A stretch of 64,000 nt of DNA, from the NCBI RefSeq assembly GCF_900539155.1, contig NZ_UQBE01000003.1; one strand, 5' to 3'. The stretch comes from an uncultured Porphyromonas sp. GTDB lineage: Bacteria > Bacteroidota > Bacteroidia > Bacteroidales > Porphyromonadaceae. A program made the translations under genes and the position numbers. The notes under the pieces are model-generated. The model did no database searches. It was not told the origin of the DNA and saw only the letters and a list, made by a program, of their open reading frames with translations. How positions within the stretch are numbered: position 1 is the first letter of the stretch; each line of letters starts with the position of its first letter. Positions 63,982-64,000 of the stretch are shown here, piece after piece.

Positions 63982-64000
63982 CTCTTGCTGGTCAAAGGGT

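Overview
This window is a ~64-kb stretch of a Bacteroidales chromosome, probably from a Porphyromonadaceae-like organism. Three things point that way: type-IX-secretion (T9SS) C-terminal sorting domains on several proteins, Bacteroidetes-style TAnnTTTG -7 promoter boxes, and a moderately GC-rich composition judged by eye. Most of it is core housekeeping. In order the genes are: pepD (partial), a UPF0104-like membrane protein, rpmB-rpmG-DUF4295, a SulP transporter, rlmN, rnr, rsgA, frr-pyrH, a MOP flippase, cdsA, ftsH, oadB plus an LTD/OadG protein, a GSCFA protein, murF-alr, four histidine-utilisation genes (ftcD-N, hutI, cyclodeaminase, hutH), ompH-ompH-bamA-uppS with two DUF proteins, a second MOP flippase, rimP-nusA-infB, rplU-rpmA, tRNA-Arg(CCU) and batA-D. 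Two kinds of accessory content interrupt this backbone.

The first is an ~11.5-kb island of four T9SS cargo genes. It holds a C10 streptopain-like cysteine protease with a Spi-like prodomain, a BspA-type leucine-rich-repeat (LRR) protein, a second LRR protein, and a Lys-C-like S1 serine protease.

The second is a dense set of hairpin-rich intergenic repeats:
- A ~250-300-bp element built from three CACGTG-centred hairpins, present as four full copies and one collapsed solo copy.
- A 175-bp MITE-like element with GAGACTGTTGCA terminal inverted repeats, present as three full copies, one foldback and several solo hairpins.
- A GCTGACGCAT-family module, CTCTAA hexamer tracts and a 9-bp minisatellite.

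The most unusual locus is a ~700-bp GC-rich, ORF-free region between the C10 protease and the BspA-like gene. It is packed with nested inverted and direct repeats. These include a 19-20-bp inverted-repeat pair bracketing ~365 bp and a 25-bp cruciform-like palindrome pair. It is a candidate invertible (phase-variation) switch or a large structured RNA.

I found no CRISPR array, rRNA or intact transposase, and no recognisable defence system among the coding genes. The novelty here is in the noncoding repeat architecture and the cargo island.
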